Positions 15,109 through 29,951 of a stretch of DNA of 64,000 nt are shown piece by piece. Source of the DNA: Eledone cirrhosa (lineage: Eukaryota). Made by a program: the position numbers and the translations under genes. The notes under the pieces were generated by a model. It was not told the origin of the DNA, did no database searches, and saw nothing but the letters and a program-made list of their open reading frames with translations. The stretch's first letter is position 1, and every line of letters begins with the position of its first letter. The stretch covers positions 334,428,001 through 334,492,000 of the forward strand of contig OZ024741.1 in NCBI GenBank assembly GCA_964016885.1, in the 5' to 3' direction.

Positions 15109-15669
15109 ACAATTATATAACATATATTATATATATATATATATATTATATAACAATTATATAACATATATATTATATATATATATATATATAATATAAC
15201 AATTATATAACATATATATTATATATATATATATATACATATATACATATATATATATATACACTGATGTTGATAATATAAAAGACTCCTTTGGCCATCT
15301 GATCATACTTGCAGCCATCTTGCAGCAATTGTTTCTGTTTTTCTGATAGTAACAACTGATCCTTTTGATGCTATGTGATTGGTATAAAATATTAAAATAT
15401 CATTAATTTGGTTAAACCTCACTACCTCCACGTCATGAAACAAGCATAATAAGTAGAAGAGTTTCTGTGTCATTAATCTTGCTAAAAATTGTTTCATCTT
15501 CACAAAGTTAGCCTAGCAATGCAAGCTGCTTGTGATGTTGTTCAGATGTTTGGACAATGGCAGTGGTGACAACGATATAGCCGCTGATGACGACGTTACT
15601 ATGTTGGAATTAAACCACAGAATGACTTCATCAGAGAAATGGTCATTCTTTCAATTAAAACAACTTGAT

Positions 15670-16440
15670 ATTATGTGATGTGGTGTAATGTGGCCTGATG
15701 ATGTATGATGTGGTGTGGTGTGGTGTTGTGTGGTGGGATGTGGTGTGGTGGAGTGGTTTGGAGTATGGTGTGGTGGAGTGTAGTGTTGTTTGGTGGGGTG
15801 TGCTGTGATGTGATGCAGTGTGGTGTGATGAGGTGTAATGTGGGCTGATGATGTATGATGTGGTGTGGTGTGGTGTTGTGTGGTGGGATGTGGTGTGGTG
15901 GAGTGGTTTGGAGTATGGTGTGGTGGAGTGTAGTGTTGTTTGGTGGGGTGTGCTGTGATGTGATGCAGTGTGGTGTGATGAGGTGTAATGTGGGCTGATG
16001 ATGTATGGGTCTGGTGTGGTAGGGTATAGTGTGGTGTGGTGGGATGTGGTGTGGTTTAGTGTGGGGTGGGGTGAGGTGGGGGATGTGGTGTGGTGGAGTG
16101 TTTGTGGGTGTGGTGTTGTGTGATGTAGTATGGAGTGAAGTGATGTGATGTGATGTGTTGAGATGCAGTGTGGTGGAGTGTGGTTTGATGCGGTGTGGTA
16201 TGGTGTGATGTGGTATGGTTTGCTGAGGTCGGATGGGGTGATAATGTGGTGGGATAAGGTGTAATGTGGTGTAATGTGGGCTGATGATTTCATGTGAAGT
16301 GGTGTAGTGTGATGTGGTTTGCTGTGGTGTTGTGTGGGGTGATGTAGTGTGGTGGGGTGTAGTGTGTTGCATTGTGGGCTGAGGTACTGATGGTGTGGTG
16401 AGGTGAGGTGTGGTGTGGTGAGGTTTGGTGAAGTTTGGAG
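15670..16440. repeat. Degenerate (TGTGG)n pentamer satellite with an internal 150-bp tandem duplication
   Basis: CTGATGATGTATG recurs at 15695, 15845 and 15995. Confidence 0.88.
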
Positions 16441-16680
16441 GAGATTTGTTAGAAGTTAATTGTAGGTATCTCTCATCATGTGAACATGGTTGTGTGTACA
16501 CACACACATTGAGACAAACACAAACACACACACACACATCTCTGCGGGAGTGTTACCTGTGTGTACTACATTAGGGTAATTGATTCCATTATTGTACTAG
16601 AAGAAGGATATATCCAACTAAATACAAATATATAAATATTTATATATACGCACATACATATATATACATATATGTATATG

Positions 16681-16743
<63 letters not shown>

Positions 16744-17071
16744 GTGTGTGTGTATGTGTGTGTTTACTGGAATTGTTCATACATAATAGACTCTAACATC
16801 TCGTATAACCCTCTTTCTCTTACACCTCTTCCATTACTCTCTTCTCTTCTCTTCTACCCAATCTGCCTGTTTCTCCCATATATACATTAACATATACATA
16901 TATATATATACACACACACATATACATGAGTTTGGAATTAGCTGTTGAAATGGCAAGAGTTCAACCATTGAGTCCTGACTCTTTCTAATGGTCTTACTGG
17001 TTTAATCCTGATATATATACTACATTCACTTATGTGTGTTTGTACAAATGTAGGTACTATTACATATATAT

Positions 17072-17200
<129 letters not shown>

Positions 17201-17261
17201 TTGAGATTGGATATATTTGATGGTTAATTGAAAATTCTGAGACTATTTTTGTGATTTCTGT

Positions 17262-17304
<43 letters not shown>

Positions 17305-17306
<2 letters not shown>

Positions 17307-17640
17307 GTTGTGGGTTCGATTCCTGGGTTGCATGTTGTTTTCTTGAGCAAAACACTTCATTTCACGTTGCTCCAGTATACTCAGCGGAAAATGAATACCA
17401 GCAATAGCTGGGGGTTTAACCGTGCGATGGACCAGCGTCCTGTCCAGCGGGGAAGTCTTGTACTCTCATTTGCTTCACACCATGAAACTGGGATAAGCAC
17501 ATTAAGAGAAATTACATTAAGGCTACACGTGTCTGTGGAATGCTCAGCCATTTATACTTAAATTTCATGAGCAGGCTGTTTCACTGATTAAACAATTCGA
17601 GAATCTGTTGGAACCAACAGAGTTCCACTTCATTATGGAA
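17305..17640 (+). mobile_element. 5'-truncated CORE-like SINE
   Basis: B box GGTTCGATTCC followed by TCTTGAGCAAAACACTTCATTTCACGTTGCTCCAG. Confidence 0.65.
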
Positions 17641-17659
17641 TGGTGGATGAGGAAAATGA

Positions 17660-18200
17660 GGCAGAAGAGATGATGATGATGGTATTGGTGGTGATGGAGG
17701 GGGGGGGGGGTTAGTTGTAGTGGTAGTAATGATGGCAATGTTGAAGATGATAATGATGATGATGATAATGGTGATGATGATAAGGATGTTGCTATTTGTG
17801 GTAGCAGTGCTGCTAGTCATGATGGTAATGTTGACGATGATGATGATGACAACAACGATGATGATGATGATGATGATGAGGAGGAGGAGGAGGAGGAGGA
17901 GGATATTGATAATAATGATGATAAAAATGACGTTGATGATGATTATAATGATGAGGTTGATGATGATGATTATCGCGATGGTGATGATGACAATAATGAT
18001 GATGAGACAGATAATGAAGGTGATCCTTGCTACAATGATCATGAAGATGATTACAATGGCCGACGACAACAAACACCACGACAAACATCACAATAACAAC
18101 CACAATTACGACGAAACCAATCACAACAAAGATGACGAGATGATGACAACGACAATGACAACTGCAATAATGAGGAAGATGATGAGGATAAAGTCGAATT
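17660..18200. repeat. Compound (GAT)n/(GAG)n microsatellite
   Basis: Read directly. Confidence 0.9.
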
Positions 18201-18672
18201 GATAAAAGCAAGTTGCAGTGGTGGGTGAGGAGGGTCGGGGAGGAGGGGTTGGGATAGGAGGAGGGTGGAGTTCACACACAGGAATTCAGCTCAGTTGAAC
18301 AGTTTTGAAGTGAGAGGAAATGATCAGCGATGAGGTAGAAAAATAATGATGCAAACAAAATAAATGAAACACAAACAAAAGCAATTAAAATATATGTATA
18401 TATATATACACACATATATAAATATATGTATGTATGTATATATGTATCTATATATATATATATATAAATATATATATATAGATAGATACGCTTCATGTTT
18501 ATCTTTATTTTCACTCTTGCTTTTATTTTATTTTATTTTTATCATGTAACACTTTATATGTAAATTGCCATGCTATTTCATTTGATGAATGTCACCCCAC
18601 TGTTGATCAATATGCACATATGTTTTATGTGTCTCTTGGGTTGAAAAGGAGGTCAAGTATGTTATAAATAAC

Positions 18673-18719
18673 TGCTCCGAAGAATCCAAACCTCGGTTTG
18701 GAGGAAACAATTGTAAGCA
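18673..18719 (+). ncRNA. Putative minimal hammerhead ribozyme variant (CCGAAGA core)
   Basis: tgct-CCGAAGA-a-tccaaac(ctcg)gtttgga-g-GAAA-caattg-TA-agca, immediately followed by AATAAA. Confidence 0.68.
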
Positions 18720-18866
18720 AATAAATGACTTAAACTGAACTTTGATTACTGTAATCTCTATATAAATATATGTATGTATATCTGTATATATATATATATA
18801 TAAATATATGTATGTATGTATATGTAAATATGTATATATATATATATATGTATGTATATATATATG

Positions 18867-18943
<77 letters not shown>

Positions 18944-18965
18944 ATATTTTGTGAGGGTCATGTTG

Positions 18966-19018
<53 letters not shown>

Positions 19019-19766
19019 AGAAAACCAACATTAGAAAAAGCAGAAAAACGTTTGCAAATTATCTACTGATAGGATCAGTAGATAATTTGATTGCTCACAA
19101 CTAGTTTGGGTACACAAAACTAGTTTACAATTGATGGCTAATTAGTTGAGATTGTAAGGTTTACTTGGCAAAGACAAAAAAAGCCTACTTTCAAGTCATT
19201 AAATGTTGAACTACAATGTTGTGTAGTGGTAGCATTCTTGTAGTGTTCCTGTGGTGTTTAGTTTTCAAATAACCATTGATCAACCCGGATTGGCTCTGCA
19301 TGGGTGTAGGTGTGTGTGTGGGTCTGTGTAGGTGTAGATATGTGCATATGTGATGTCTGTATGGTTGTATATATATATATATATGTGTACATGTATGTGT
19401 ACATATATGTGTATATATATGTGTATATGTATGTGTACATGCCTATGTTTGTAAGAATGTGAGAGAATGGGCATGAGAGAGAAATAGAGAGATAGACACT
19501 AAAGCACAGAGAGAGTGAGAATAAATGAGAGAGAAACAGATGAAGAGAGAGAGAGAGAAAGAGGGGGAGAGGGGACTGAGGTCCAAAAAGATTGATAGCA
19601 AATAAGAGAGATAAATGGAATGAAATAGAGAGTGAACAAGAGAGAAACAGAGAGGGAGAGAGAGTGAAAGTATGTTTATATTTGCAATGGAGAAGGAGAG
19701 GTTCAAATTGTTATTCTAGTTGATGTTGTTGTTGACATTTATTTATTTACACACATACACACACAA

Positions 19767-19926
<160 letters not shown>

Positions 19927-20495
19927 ACATATACATTATATGCATGTATGTACATATACATTATATGCATGTATGTATATATACTTTATTGAACTTATTT
20001 CGTTATTTTTCCATTTTACTTATTTATTACCTGTTTTGTTTTATTTTATTTTCTCTCTTCTATTTATATTATTATTTTTCCACTGGAGAAAAGCAATTAC
20101 TTTAAAATATTTGCAAAGATTTATTGCTTCTGGTGTTGGGGAAATGTTTGTTTGTTTTTCGTATTTGATATTCTTTATTTGTTTCGGCTTTTTTTTGTTT
20201 GGTTTTGTAGAGGTTTTTTATCGTGAAAAAAAAAATTATATATATATATATATATATACATACATCTTTGATATCTCTTTTAATACAACAGAAAGGGAAA
20301 GAAGTGAGTGAATGTATATGTGCGTATATATATACATATCTGTGTGTATGTGTGTGTGTACACATAAGTATCTATACATATATGAATGTATGTATATATT
20401 CATATATATGTGTATGTATCAATGAGGGTAGTATGTGTCTCCAAACATACAAAACCATATATGTATATTGATGTGTTTATACATATATTTACATT

Positions 20496-20546
<51 letters not shown>

Positions 20547-21173
20547 GGTAGATAGATAAATAGATATTGATAAAGAAGACTAAAGATTAGAAGAGAAGGA
20601 ATGAGTCCACTAAATAAACCATGAAAGTCTTACAGACCGACAGACAGATAGATGAAGATAAGAGATAAATAAAAATAGATATAATCATATAGAAGATAAG
20701 ATAGATATAATAAAGATAAACAGGAAAGAAAATTAAACATAGTAAGAGAGAAAATAGTTTAAAAGAAAATGTATGAGAAAGATAGTTTGAAGGTGAGACA
20801 AGAAATATTTTCATTTAGGTTTCTCATATGAAAAATATTGTTTGTGACTTAATTGCTTATAAATCCAATTTTTCAAAATTAATTTTCACCGAATTGAAAA
20901 ATTGTTTCCTTGACTTTATTTATCTCTTTGTTTGTTTGTTTTTGTGTGTGTGTGTGTTTATTTTGCTTTTTGTTTTTCTGCTTTGTCTCTCATGATGATT
21001 TCTTTTTTAATATTTATTTTTGTTTTGTTTGTTTTGTTTTGTAACTCTTTCTAACACTAACTGCTTCAATGGTTAGATTCCATCAACGGAAGAAAGGAAT
21101 AGTAATCTTTCTTTATTGATTAAGCATCTATCTATCTATCTGTCTATCTATCTATATTATATATATATATATG

Positions 21174-21225
<52 letters not shown>

Positions 21226-21308
21226 TATATGTATATAGGGGTTCTCCTACATGGATATAAAGTAGTGGCTGTACTCGAAAACGAGTTGGCAGCCACCATA
21301 TATGTATG

Positions 21309-21442
<134 letters not shown>

Positions 21443-21452
21443 TATAAATATA

Positions 21453-21529
<77 letters not shown>

Positions 21530-21587
21530 ATATATATATATATATATTGTCCAACCCTTGCTAGCTGGGATAGCAGACATTAAATGA

Positions 21588-21627
<40 letters not shown>

Positions 21628-22799
21628 GTACATATATAATATTTACTAAGTAAGGATTTTTACTCTTTAGTTTGGAAATTGTGTTCTTAGTTTCAATGAA
21701 GAGTAGGAATTGCATAGAGCAAAAATATATATAATTTTTTTTTTTTGCACCTCATGTTTCATAAGCAAATAGGATAATTGAATAATAAAAAAAAAATGTT
21801 TATCAAGACCCCACCCCTTCATCTTCTCATTCCTTACATTTCCCAGCCTTTTAATAGCTCTATTGAAAATTGTTCCTCTGAAAATGTTGTCGCAATATTG
21901 AAGATATTTTGTTAGGGGAAATGAACAAAATGATGTCCAATTCATGAACAAGAATCTTCTATAGAATCTTGTTTGTTCTGAACATTTGCAAAACTCTACA
22001 TGCAGCAACCATTTTGATTTTTTTCTCTTCAATCTTTTCCCCCACTTCTCTCTTCGTGATATTTCTATCTGTTACTTTCTATTTAACTTCTGCTTTTGTC
22101 TCTTGTTCTCTATTCAACCACCACCCTACCCACCCTCTCACTCCTTACATTTCCTACCAATTTTTTCTTTAACATTGTCTTTTCCTTCTCTCGTTCTCTC
22201 TTCATCTTTCTCTTTCGAACTATTCTTCTTTCCTTTGCCTCCTCTTATTGTTTGTTCTCCTCTTTCTTTTTGCTTCTCTCTTTCTCTCTCTCTCTTTTAG
22301 TTTTTCTTTCTCTGTCTAATTTTCTGTTCTCTCCCTCATTCTCACTTCCACTTAATTCTCTCTCTCCCCTCTCACCCCCCCTCCTTTTATCACTTTTCGC
22401 CTCTCTTTCTATATCTACCTCTCTCTCTCTCGCACTCTATAACTATCACTTTCTTTCTTGTCAATGTTCTCTCCTTGCATCTCTTTCTTTCATTTCTCTC
22501 TGTTTATCATCTTAAAAAATGTTTTTTCTTTCCTCTTTTTACCAATTTTTCTCTATTTTATTATCATCTCACTTTTCTTCTCTGTTTATTCCCGATTCTC
22601 TAATTCCCGCCCGCACAAACAGCCTCTCAATTTTTCCTCTCTTCTATTCTCACCTCTATATATTCTTATCTTCTTTTCTACTCATAGCTATCCACATCCG
22701 ACATTCTATCAGCTTTCACACATCACTATCACTGACATTTCCTTCCAAACTTAGCTCTACTCAGGCATATGGTGATAGCAAAAACAAAAATATATGTAT

Positions 22800-22844
<45 letters not shown>

Positions 22845-22903
22845 CATATATATGCATACATACACACACACACACATATATATATGTACACATACACACA
22901 TGT

Positions 22904-22973
<70 letters not shown>

Positions 22974-23041
22974 CCTATATATATGTACATACACATATAT
23001 ATATATATGTACATATATACAGATATATACGTACACACACA

Positions 23042-23090
<49 letters not shown>

Positions 23091-23514
23091 GCATATATAT
23101 AAGAATCCCTCAGGAGAGAATTAAGGTTAAAATATTTTATTTGATAATAATACCAACTGTCTCACACATATCTCATTTTTTTTTTTGTGATATTCCAGCT
23201 ACAATTTCTTTCTTTTTCTTTTTTTGCTCCAATTCCATACCTTTCTATTCCGTCTCTTTAATTATTCTCCACAGAAATGTCAGCATACTTCAGCCAGTCT
23301 GATTTTTTAAAAAAAATTTTATTTTTTATTTTTACCTCTTTTTTATTTTATTTTTATTTCATTTGTTTGTAGCTCTTTATTTTTATTTTTTATTTTTATT
23401 GTTTTTTTTTGCTTTTTGTTATTTTCTTCAACAGTTATTGCTTCAGTGGACATTTATTTTTGTGTCTTGTCTTTCTTTTCAATATCTACTTTCTTTCATT
23501 AAATATATTTTTTC

Positions 23515-23582
<68 letters not shown>

Positions 23583-23662
23583 ATATATATATATTCTTCA
23601 GCATTCCCTCGCCATGGAATGTGATTTGGAACACACACACATATATATAAATATATATATAC

Positions 23663-23695
<33 letters not shown>

Positions 23696-23696
23696 A

Positions 23697-23785
<89 letters not shown>

Positions 23786-24209
23786 ACCAGTGAATGTATC
23801 AAACTGCATATGCTGGTTCTTTCTTTTTTAGTGATTTATTTATTTTAATCCAATATTCCAATTTCTTTCTTTTCTTTTCTTTTTTTCAATTTGGAGAGTG
23901 GTTTAAGAAATACAAATGGAATTCTGAAATTTCAGATTTGTTTATTAACAGATTCTTCTCATCTTGTTAAGTATGGTTTTGTCAACTTTACTTTTCATCC
24001 TACCAGGGTTGATAAAATAAAGTTACCAATGCAGGGAGGTAAGCATCAGATGACATGCCATGCCTTTCAGCTGTTCTGGCTCTTTAGATTCTGAGTTCAG
24101 ATAACACTTCCATGATTTACTTGAATGATAGACTTGTCTCTTTTGTTACCATATTTCGAATGCTTTTTAAATTCTTTTGAAAATAGTCAAGAATTTCTAA
24201 GGATTTATT

Positions 24210-24476
24210 AGAAGAAGGAAGGAATGGATTGATAAAATCCCAGACCTTATTCGCTTACCAAAGTGAAGTGAAGCTCAACAAATAAGACGGAGGAAACGAT
24301 GTTTCCATTGGTCTTTCCATTGCTGATACAATCTACCGGTTGTAAGTCCTGGCAGAAAGAGCAACATGAAATAAAATGTCTGGCTCAAGAACATAATGCA
24401 TCACCCGGTTCTGGAATCAAACTCACAATCTCATGGTTGTGAATCCAAATCTCTAACCACTAAGCCACATGCCTTA
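24210..24476 (-). mobile_element. CORE-like SINE nested in an AT-rich MITE-like repeat
   Basis: Head CTAACCACTAAGCCACATGCC and AAATAAAATGTCTGGCTCAAG. The flanks resemble the reverse complement of the 62280-62740 repeats. Confidence 0.6.
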
Positions 24477-25519
24477 TTTAGGGATTTAGTAATATAAATA
24501 TTTATCTGGTGTTTGAAACATAACTTAACACATTGTTCTTACATAAAATTATGTTAGAACATTTTTATTTAAATTTAAATACTTAAAAAAAAACCATGGC
24601 TTTATATCATAGAAACTAGGGGTAGTTTTGGGTAGGTTTGGAATCAAAGTGGTTAATTGGCTGCCTAGTTTAACATTGCCACAAGGCATTTGAGTGCCTT
24701 TAGTGGAGTCCATTTCTCTATTTTAATTCTTAACATCCTGTAATGATTTAGCAGACAATATCCAAAAAGCAGGTTTGTTGATTCAGATGTTTATAGTATC
24801 TTTACTAGTGGTCAGATTGTCGGGAAACTTTGCAATATTTGAGCAAAGACTTTAGTTTGTAATGTGATTTAATCATAGTATTGCTTTGTACTTTTCAAGA
24901 ACGTTTTGCTTATGCTGTTTCATGTGGTACAGGATATTAAGAGTTAACATTTAATATCACTAGTTGGTACATGAGTGACTTTAGCATATTTCCTTTTTTT
25001 GTAATTATTCACACCAGGTCTATGGTTTAAGGATGCCCCCCTCTCTATTTCTCTCTCTCCCTCTCTCTTCCCCCAATCTTAATGGCCTTGAAAAGGATTG
25101 GAATAATGTGCCCCTCCCTCTCTGACTAAACAGTAAAAAATAAATAGCAAAAACAAAAAAATGAAAAGAAAAAAATGTGTATTAATCTCAGCTTGCAGCA
25201 ATTTAATAAACTTACCTACTTTTCAATGTTTGGGTATCAATTTTCCATAATTATTCTATATAGAAGCTTGCTGTTGGAAAGAATGGAATCATAATTAAGA
25301 ATCTCTTCTTTTTATTAATAGAAATTAAATTTTCTGAAGCCTATCAATATGGCTTGATTAAAAGAATGAAAGAATTAATGGTGGTAGATGCAAGGGCATA
25401 TTGTAATTCTATGATTATCGTTGATAGCTCCTGAACAAAATATAAATTTCCTATTCCCCATTATAATCATCAATACCTTCATTCCTTTTCATAGTTACAG
25501 ACTGAGCGTAATGTTGTTT

Positions 25520-25550
<31 letters not shown>

Positions 25551-25837
25551 ATATATATGTACTTTGTTTTCTTCTTGTTTATTTTAATCTCGAGTATTCG
25601 TCTCTTACTCAATGATTATTTTATTACAGCAAGCTAATATGTTCCCACCTATATCATCAAACATTATCGGAAAAGCAGAGTAAACAACATTTATGATTCA
25701 CATCGAAAATAAATATTAGTGGAAAAATGATAGATGTAAAATGTTTTACTGGCAATATATATATACATATATATATGTGTGTGTGTATGTGTGTGTGTGT
25801 GTGTATATACACATATCCACATGTTTATATGTATATG

Positions 25838-25876
<39 letters not shown>

Positions 25877-25914
25877 ACATGTGTATGTTTATCTATCTAT
25901 CTACTGTCTGGTTG

Positions 25915-26390
25915 CTATGGCGAAAGAGGTAATATGGTGGACAGGTTAAAAGGACTGAGGGCAAACACCTTTCTCTCCGGACAACAACTTATCCCCTTCT
26001 TTAACTATCACTTCAGAAGGGAGGTGACAGTGGAGAGAGAGGTGCTACACCCCAGTAAATTCACTGAAAGGTGGGTGAATGTGACGAAAATAGCCCGAGT
26101 GAATGGGCCTTCTCTGTATATAAACCTGTAGGTTGAGGAAGATAAAAAGAGGGAAGATGAGAACACCTACAAAACGTGTTCCTGGTGTTGAGGGTTGTTC
26201 TATCCACAGGGTGTAAAATAACCCTGCAGTAACATCCCCCCTCCCTATTGGGGATTTCAATTGTTATTTTATTATATATAGTTTATTGTTATTTTTTAAT
26301 GTTAAAGTTATTTTTATGTAAAACCCCCGCCGGCACGTCTTGTAATATCCCATTGTTGTACGCCCATGTGGCAAATAAAGAAAGATATCT
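25915..26390 (+). mobile_element. L1/Tx1-like LINE 3' fragment
   Basis: RLKGLRANTFLSGQQLIPFFNYHFRREVTVEREVLHPSKFTERW resembles an L1/Tx1 ORF2 C-terminus. Ends CATGTGGCAAATAAAG. Confidence 0.6.
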
Positions 26391-27002
26391 ATCTATCTAT
26401 ATATATATATATATATATATATATGCATATGTGCAGAGGCTGTGGCATACATCTTGTATGTGCCACCTACCCCTCCACCACACCTCCTATACATCTCTCA
26501 CATCCTAACACCCCAATCCCTCACCCATGCCCCTAGGTCTTCCCCAATCTCCATGCACCTCTGCCATCCTAGTCCCTGGTTCACACTGTAAAGTGGTCAT
26601 ATAGATATCTTGATAAAAAGTGCCATTGTCATGCTGTACAGTGGTTGTATAGGAGTCACGACAAATATCACACCCAATAAACACTCTAAATGTGGTTGGC
26701 ATTAGGAAGGGCATCCAACCGTAGAAACCAAGTCAAAACCAGTTCTGTGTGAACAAACACTGTCATCCGACCTGGCTTGTCTCACAACGGGACAGCTTGT
26801 CTAACCCATGCTAGCATGCAAAATGGATGTGCAATATGAATATATAAATATATATATATGTTTATATATCTATGTAAGTGTATTATCATTATTATCATCA
26901 TCACTTAATGTCTATTTTTCCACGCTTGCATGTATATATATATGTATGTATAAGTATGCATATAAACATGTATATATGTATATATATATATATATACACA
27001 AC

Positions 27003-27240
27003 AATATTAAATAAATGGAAACTATATTTATAAAACCATATTTATTCTATTATATATATATTACAAGGGTAGCAAAAATTTTGGTACGCTTTCATCAGAT
27101 AAAATACAAAGTGTGTGTTTTATAAATTTTGACATAGCCAAGGAACATACCTTATCAGTTGAATTTTCCTTGGATTTTCCTGAATATATATAATAGAATA
27201 AATATTGTTTTATAAATATAGTTTCCATTTATTTAATATC
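27003..27240. repeat. Inverted repeat, ~55-bp arms, ~125-bp spacer
   Basis: ATTAAATAAATGGAAACTATATTTATAAAAC... pairs with ...GTTTTATAAATATAGTTTCCATTTATTTAAT. Confidence 0.8.
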
Positions 27241-27432
27241 ATTGAATATTTACTCCAGAAATCTGTCGAGTGCTCTGAATCAGTTATAAACATTTATATT
27301 TGTTGAATTACCAACAAATTAAATATCCCTTCTGCTTATATATATACATATATATATTTATATATATATATATACTAAGAGTGAGAAATGAAATTTTGTT
27401 TCATTTTATCCGTTTATATATATATATATATA

Positions 27433-27504
<72 letters not shown>

Positions 27505-27537
27505 TATATATATATTCATATTCATATATATATATTA

Positions 27538-27586
<49 letters not shown>

Positions 27587-28305
27587 CACACACACATACA
27601 TACAAATAGTGTGTGTTAGTAATAATCAGCTATTAATGCAAGCAAGTTCCAAACATTGCTGGCGATATATTCAATTTGTTTTGTCAATATCATTAAGTAT
27701 TCTCACACCCATTAAGAGAGTTTGTTTACCTATATCTAACATGTTTAAATGTCACAACATTTGAGACATTAATCCGACATATTGTTCAGAATTACACATA
27801 AAACAAATAGACAAATATACGAAAACACAAACCCCTAAAAAAAATATATATATTTAAAAAGCTACACATCACTGATTATTTAAGCAAAACAACCTTCGAC
27901 CAGAGAATTTTGAAAGTGGTTGCTATCAAATCATCATAGTTGATATTGTAAATATTGTTTATCTCTGTTAGTAATACCTTCAGCTTATGTTACATACAAC
28001 TCTTTAGCAAGATTTTACATCATTAAATATTAATTTCCATTAATGGTGGCGAAAATGGCAAATATCTTAACACTTTTACTGGTTTCAGTCATTAGACTGT
28101 AACCATGCTATGGCACTGCTTTAACCCTTTTCTGGCCATATTTCCAATGAAATATATTATATTTGCATTGATTAATGAAGAATTTGTAGGGATTTAATAA
28201 CATGATTATCCTTTATAAAGAATGATGTGCTCATGTATGAGCATAAAATAAAGCTATAAAATAAAGCTATAAAATAGCTTATAGAATAAGGTGAAGACAA
28301 TTTAA

Positions 28306-28512
28306 CCCTTTAGCATTTAAACTGGCCGTATCTGGCCAAAATTCTCTCGCCGCTTTCTGTTCAAACCAGCTGTAACTAGCCATTCAAACTGACATTAAGG
28401 TATTGTTCTCAAAATGAATTATATCAAAGTCTATAAGATTTGATATTATGTGAGATAAAGCCTTTACCATGAAAATACATAGTAAATATAGAGTAATGTA
28501 AATGGTAAAGGG
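28306..28512 (+). mobile_element. piggyBac-like MITE (TTAA-flanked)
   Basis: TTAA-CCCTTTAGCATTTA ... TAAATGGTAAAGGG-TTAA: TIRs begin with CCC and are flanked by TTAA. Confidence 0.75.
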
Positions 28513-28629
28513 TTAAAGATGGAGAAAGAAGTTGATATCGGCCACTATGAATAATCAAACCCCATATTTCCCAAATACTGGCTCGGTGCTTTATTTATTT
28601 ACAACAGTGGTATTTTTAACTTACCTTAA

Positions 28630-28842
28630 CCTTTTAGCATTTACATTACTCTATATTTGCTATTATATTTTCATGGTAAAGGCTTTAACTCACATAATTA
28701 TCTCACATAATATCAAAACTATGAGATTTTGATGTATTTATTTTGAGAACAATACTTTAACATCAGTATATGTGGCCGGTTACAGCCAGTTTAAACAGAA
28801 AGAGGTGAAGGAATTCTGGCTGGATAAGGCTGGTTTAAATAA
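28630..28842 (-). mobile_element. Second, inverted copy of the piggyBac-like MITE
   Basis: Diverged reverse complement of 28306-28512, starting TTAA-CCTTTTAGCATTTACATTACTC. Confidence 0.7.
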
Positions 28843-28999
28843 AGGTGCTTATATTAAATTATATCAAATTATATTTGAAGATTTTAATTTAAATAATGGT
28901 ATCTTTTATTTCCTAGGCAGTTTCAGGCGAGTTAGACATAATTGAATAGTTAGTTTTATGCCACATCCTGTCACAGAGTCTCCTCTCTCAAGCATTTGG

Positions 29000-29610
29000 A
29001 TGAATAGGATGATGACAATGTTGATGACGATTATGATTATGATATGAAGGGGGTGGAGGATTGTGGTGATGATGATAAGGATGAAGGGCAGGAGGATGAT
29101 GATAAAGATTAGGATGGTGGTGATGATGTTGAGGAGGAGGAGAATGGAGACAGTAATATTGATAATAACAATGATTATTATGAGGATGATGAGGAGGATG
29201 AAGAAGAGGATTGTGATGAGAATGTTGATGATGATAATGATGATGATGATGAGGAAGATGAAGACAGGGATGATTATGATGTTGATGATGAAGATGAGGA
29301 TGATGAGGAGTAGGAGAAGAATGATGATGATGATGATGATGATGAGGAGGAGGAGGAGGAGGAGGAGGGGATGAGGAGGGGGTGAGGAATGGGAGGAGGA
29401 GGATTAGGGGTAGGATGGTAGGAGGAGAAGAATTATGATGATGATGATGAGGAGGAGGAGGATTAGGAGTAGGAGGAGAAGAATTATGATGATGATGAGG
29501 AGGAGGAGAGGGAGGAGGAGGATAACAATGATTATGATGAAGATGTGGAGGATGATTATGAGAAGGAGGAGGAAGAAGATTATAAGGATGATGATAATGA
29601 TGATGATATT
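29000..29610. repeat. Compound (GAT)n/(GAG)n microsatellite
   Basis: Read directly. Confidence 0.9.
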
Positions 29611-29951
29611 CCAATATAGTGGAATTTCTGACATAGAACCCTATTCTACATGGAATGGAAATCGTTCTAGCAGAATTGCCCAAAGCACAGTCTTTATGGC
29701 TAAGTTATTTTTCAAATCTCAAACTATTCTGCTATTTCACTATTCCACCATTCTGCTATTCTGTCATTCTGCCACTTCAAATGTTCTCATTCAGTAAGTT
29801 TATATGACCCATTCTTATTAGACTGTTTTATTTAGTCAAAGTTATGTCAAAGTCTTCTAATATATATATAATTGGTGTTGGTAATATGTCCAATAAATTA
29901 CATTCGTCGCAATACAGATTCTCTTTTTTTCTGTGATATATATAAATATAT

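Noticed and set aside
15655-16537. His/Thr/Pro-rich ORFs
   Set aside because: Translations of the (TGTGG)n satellite.
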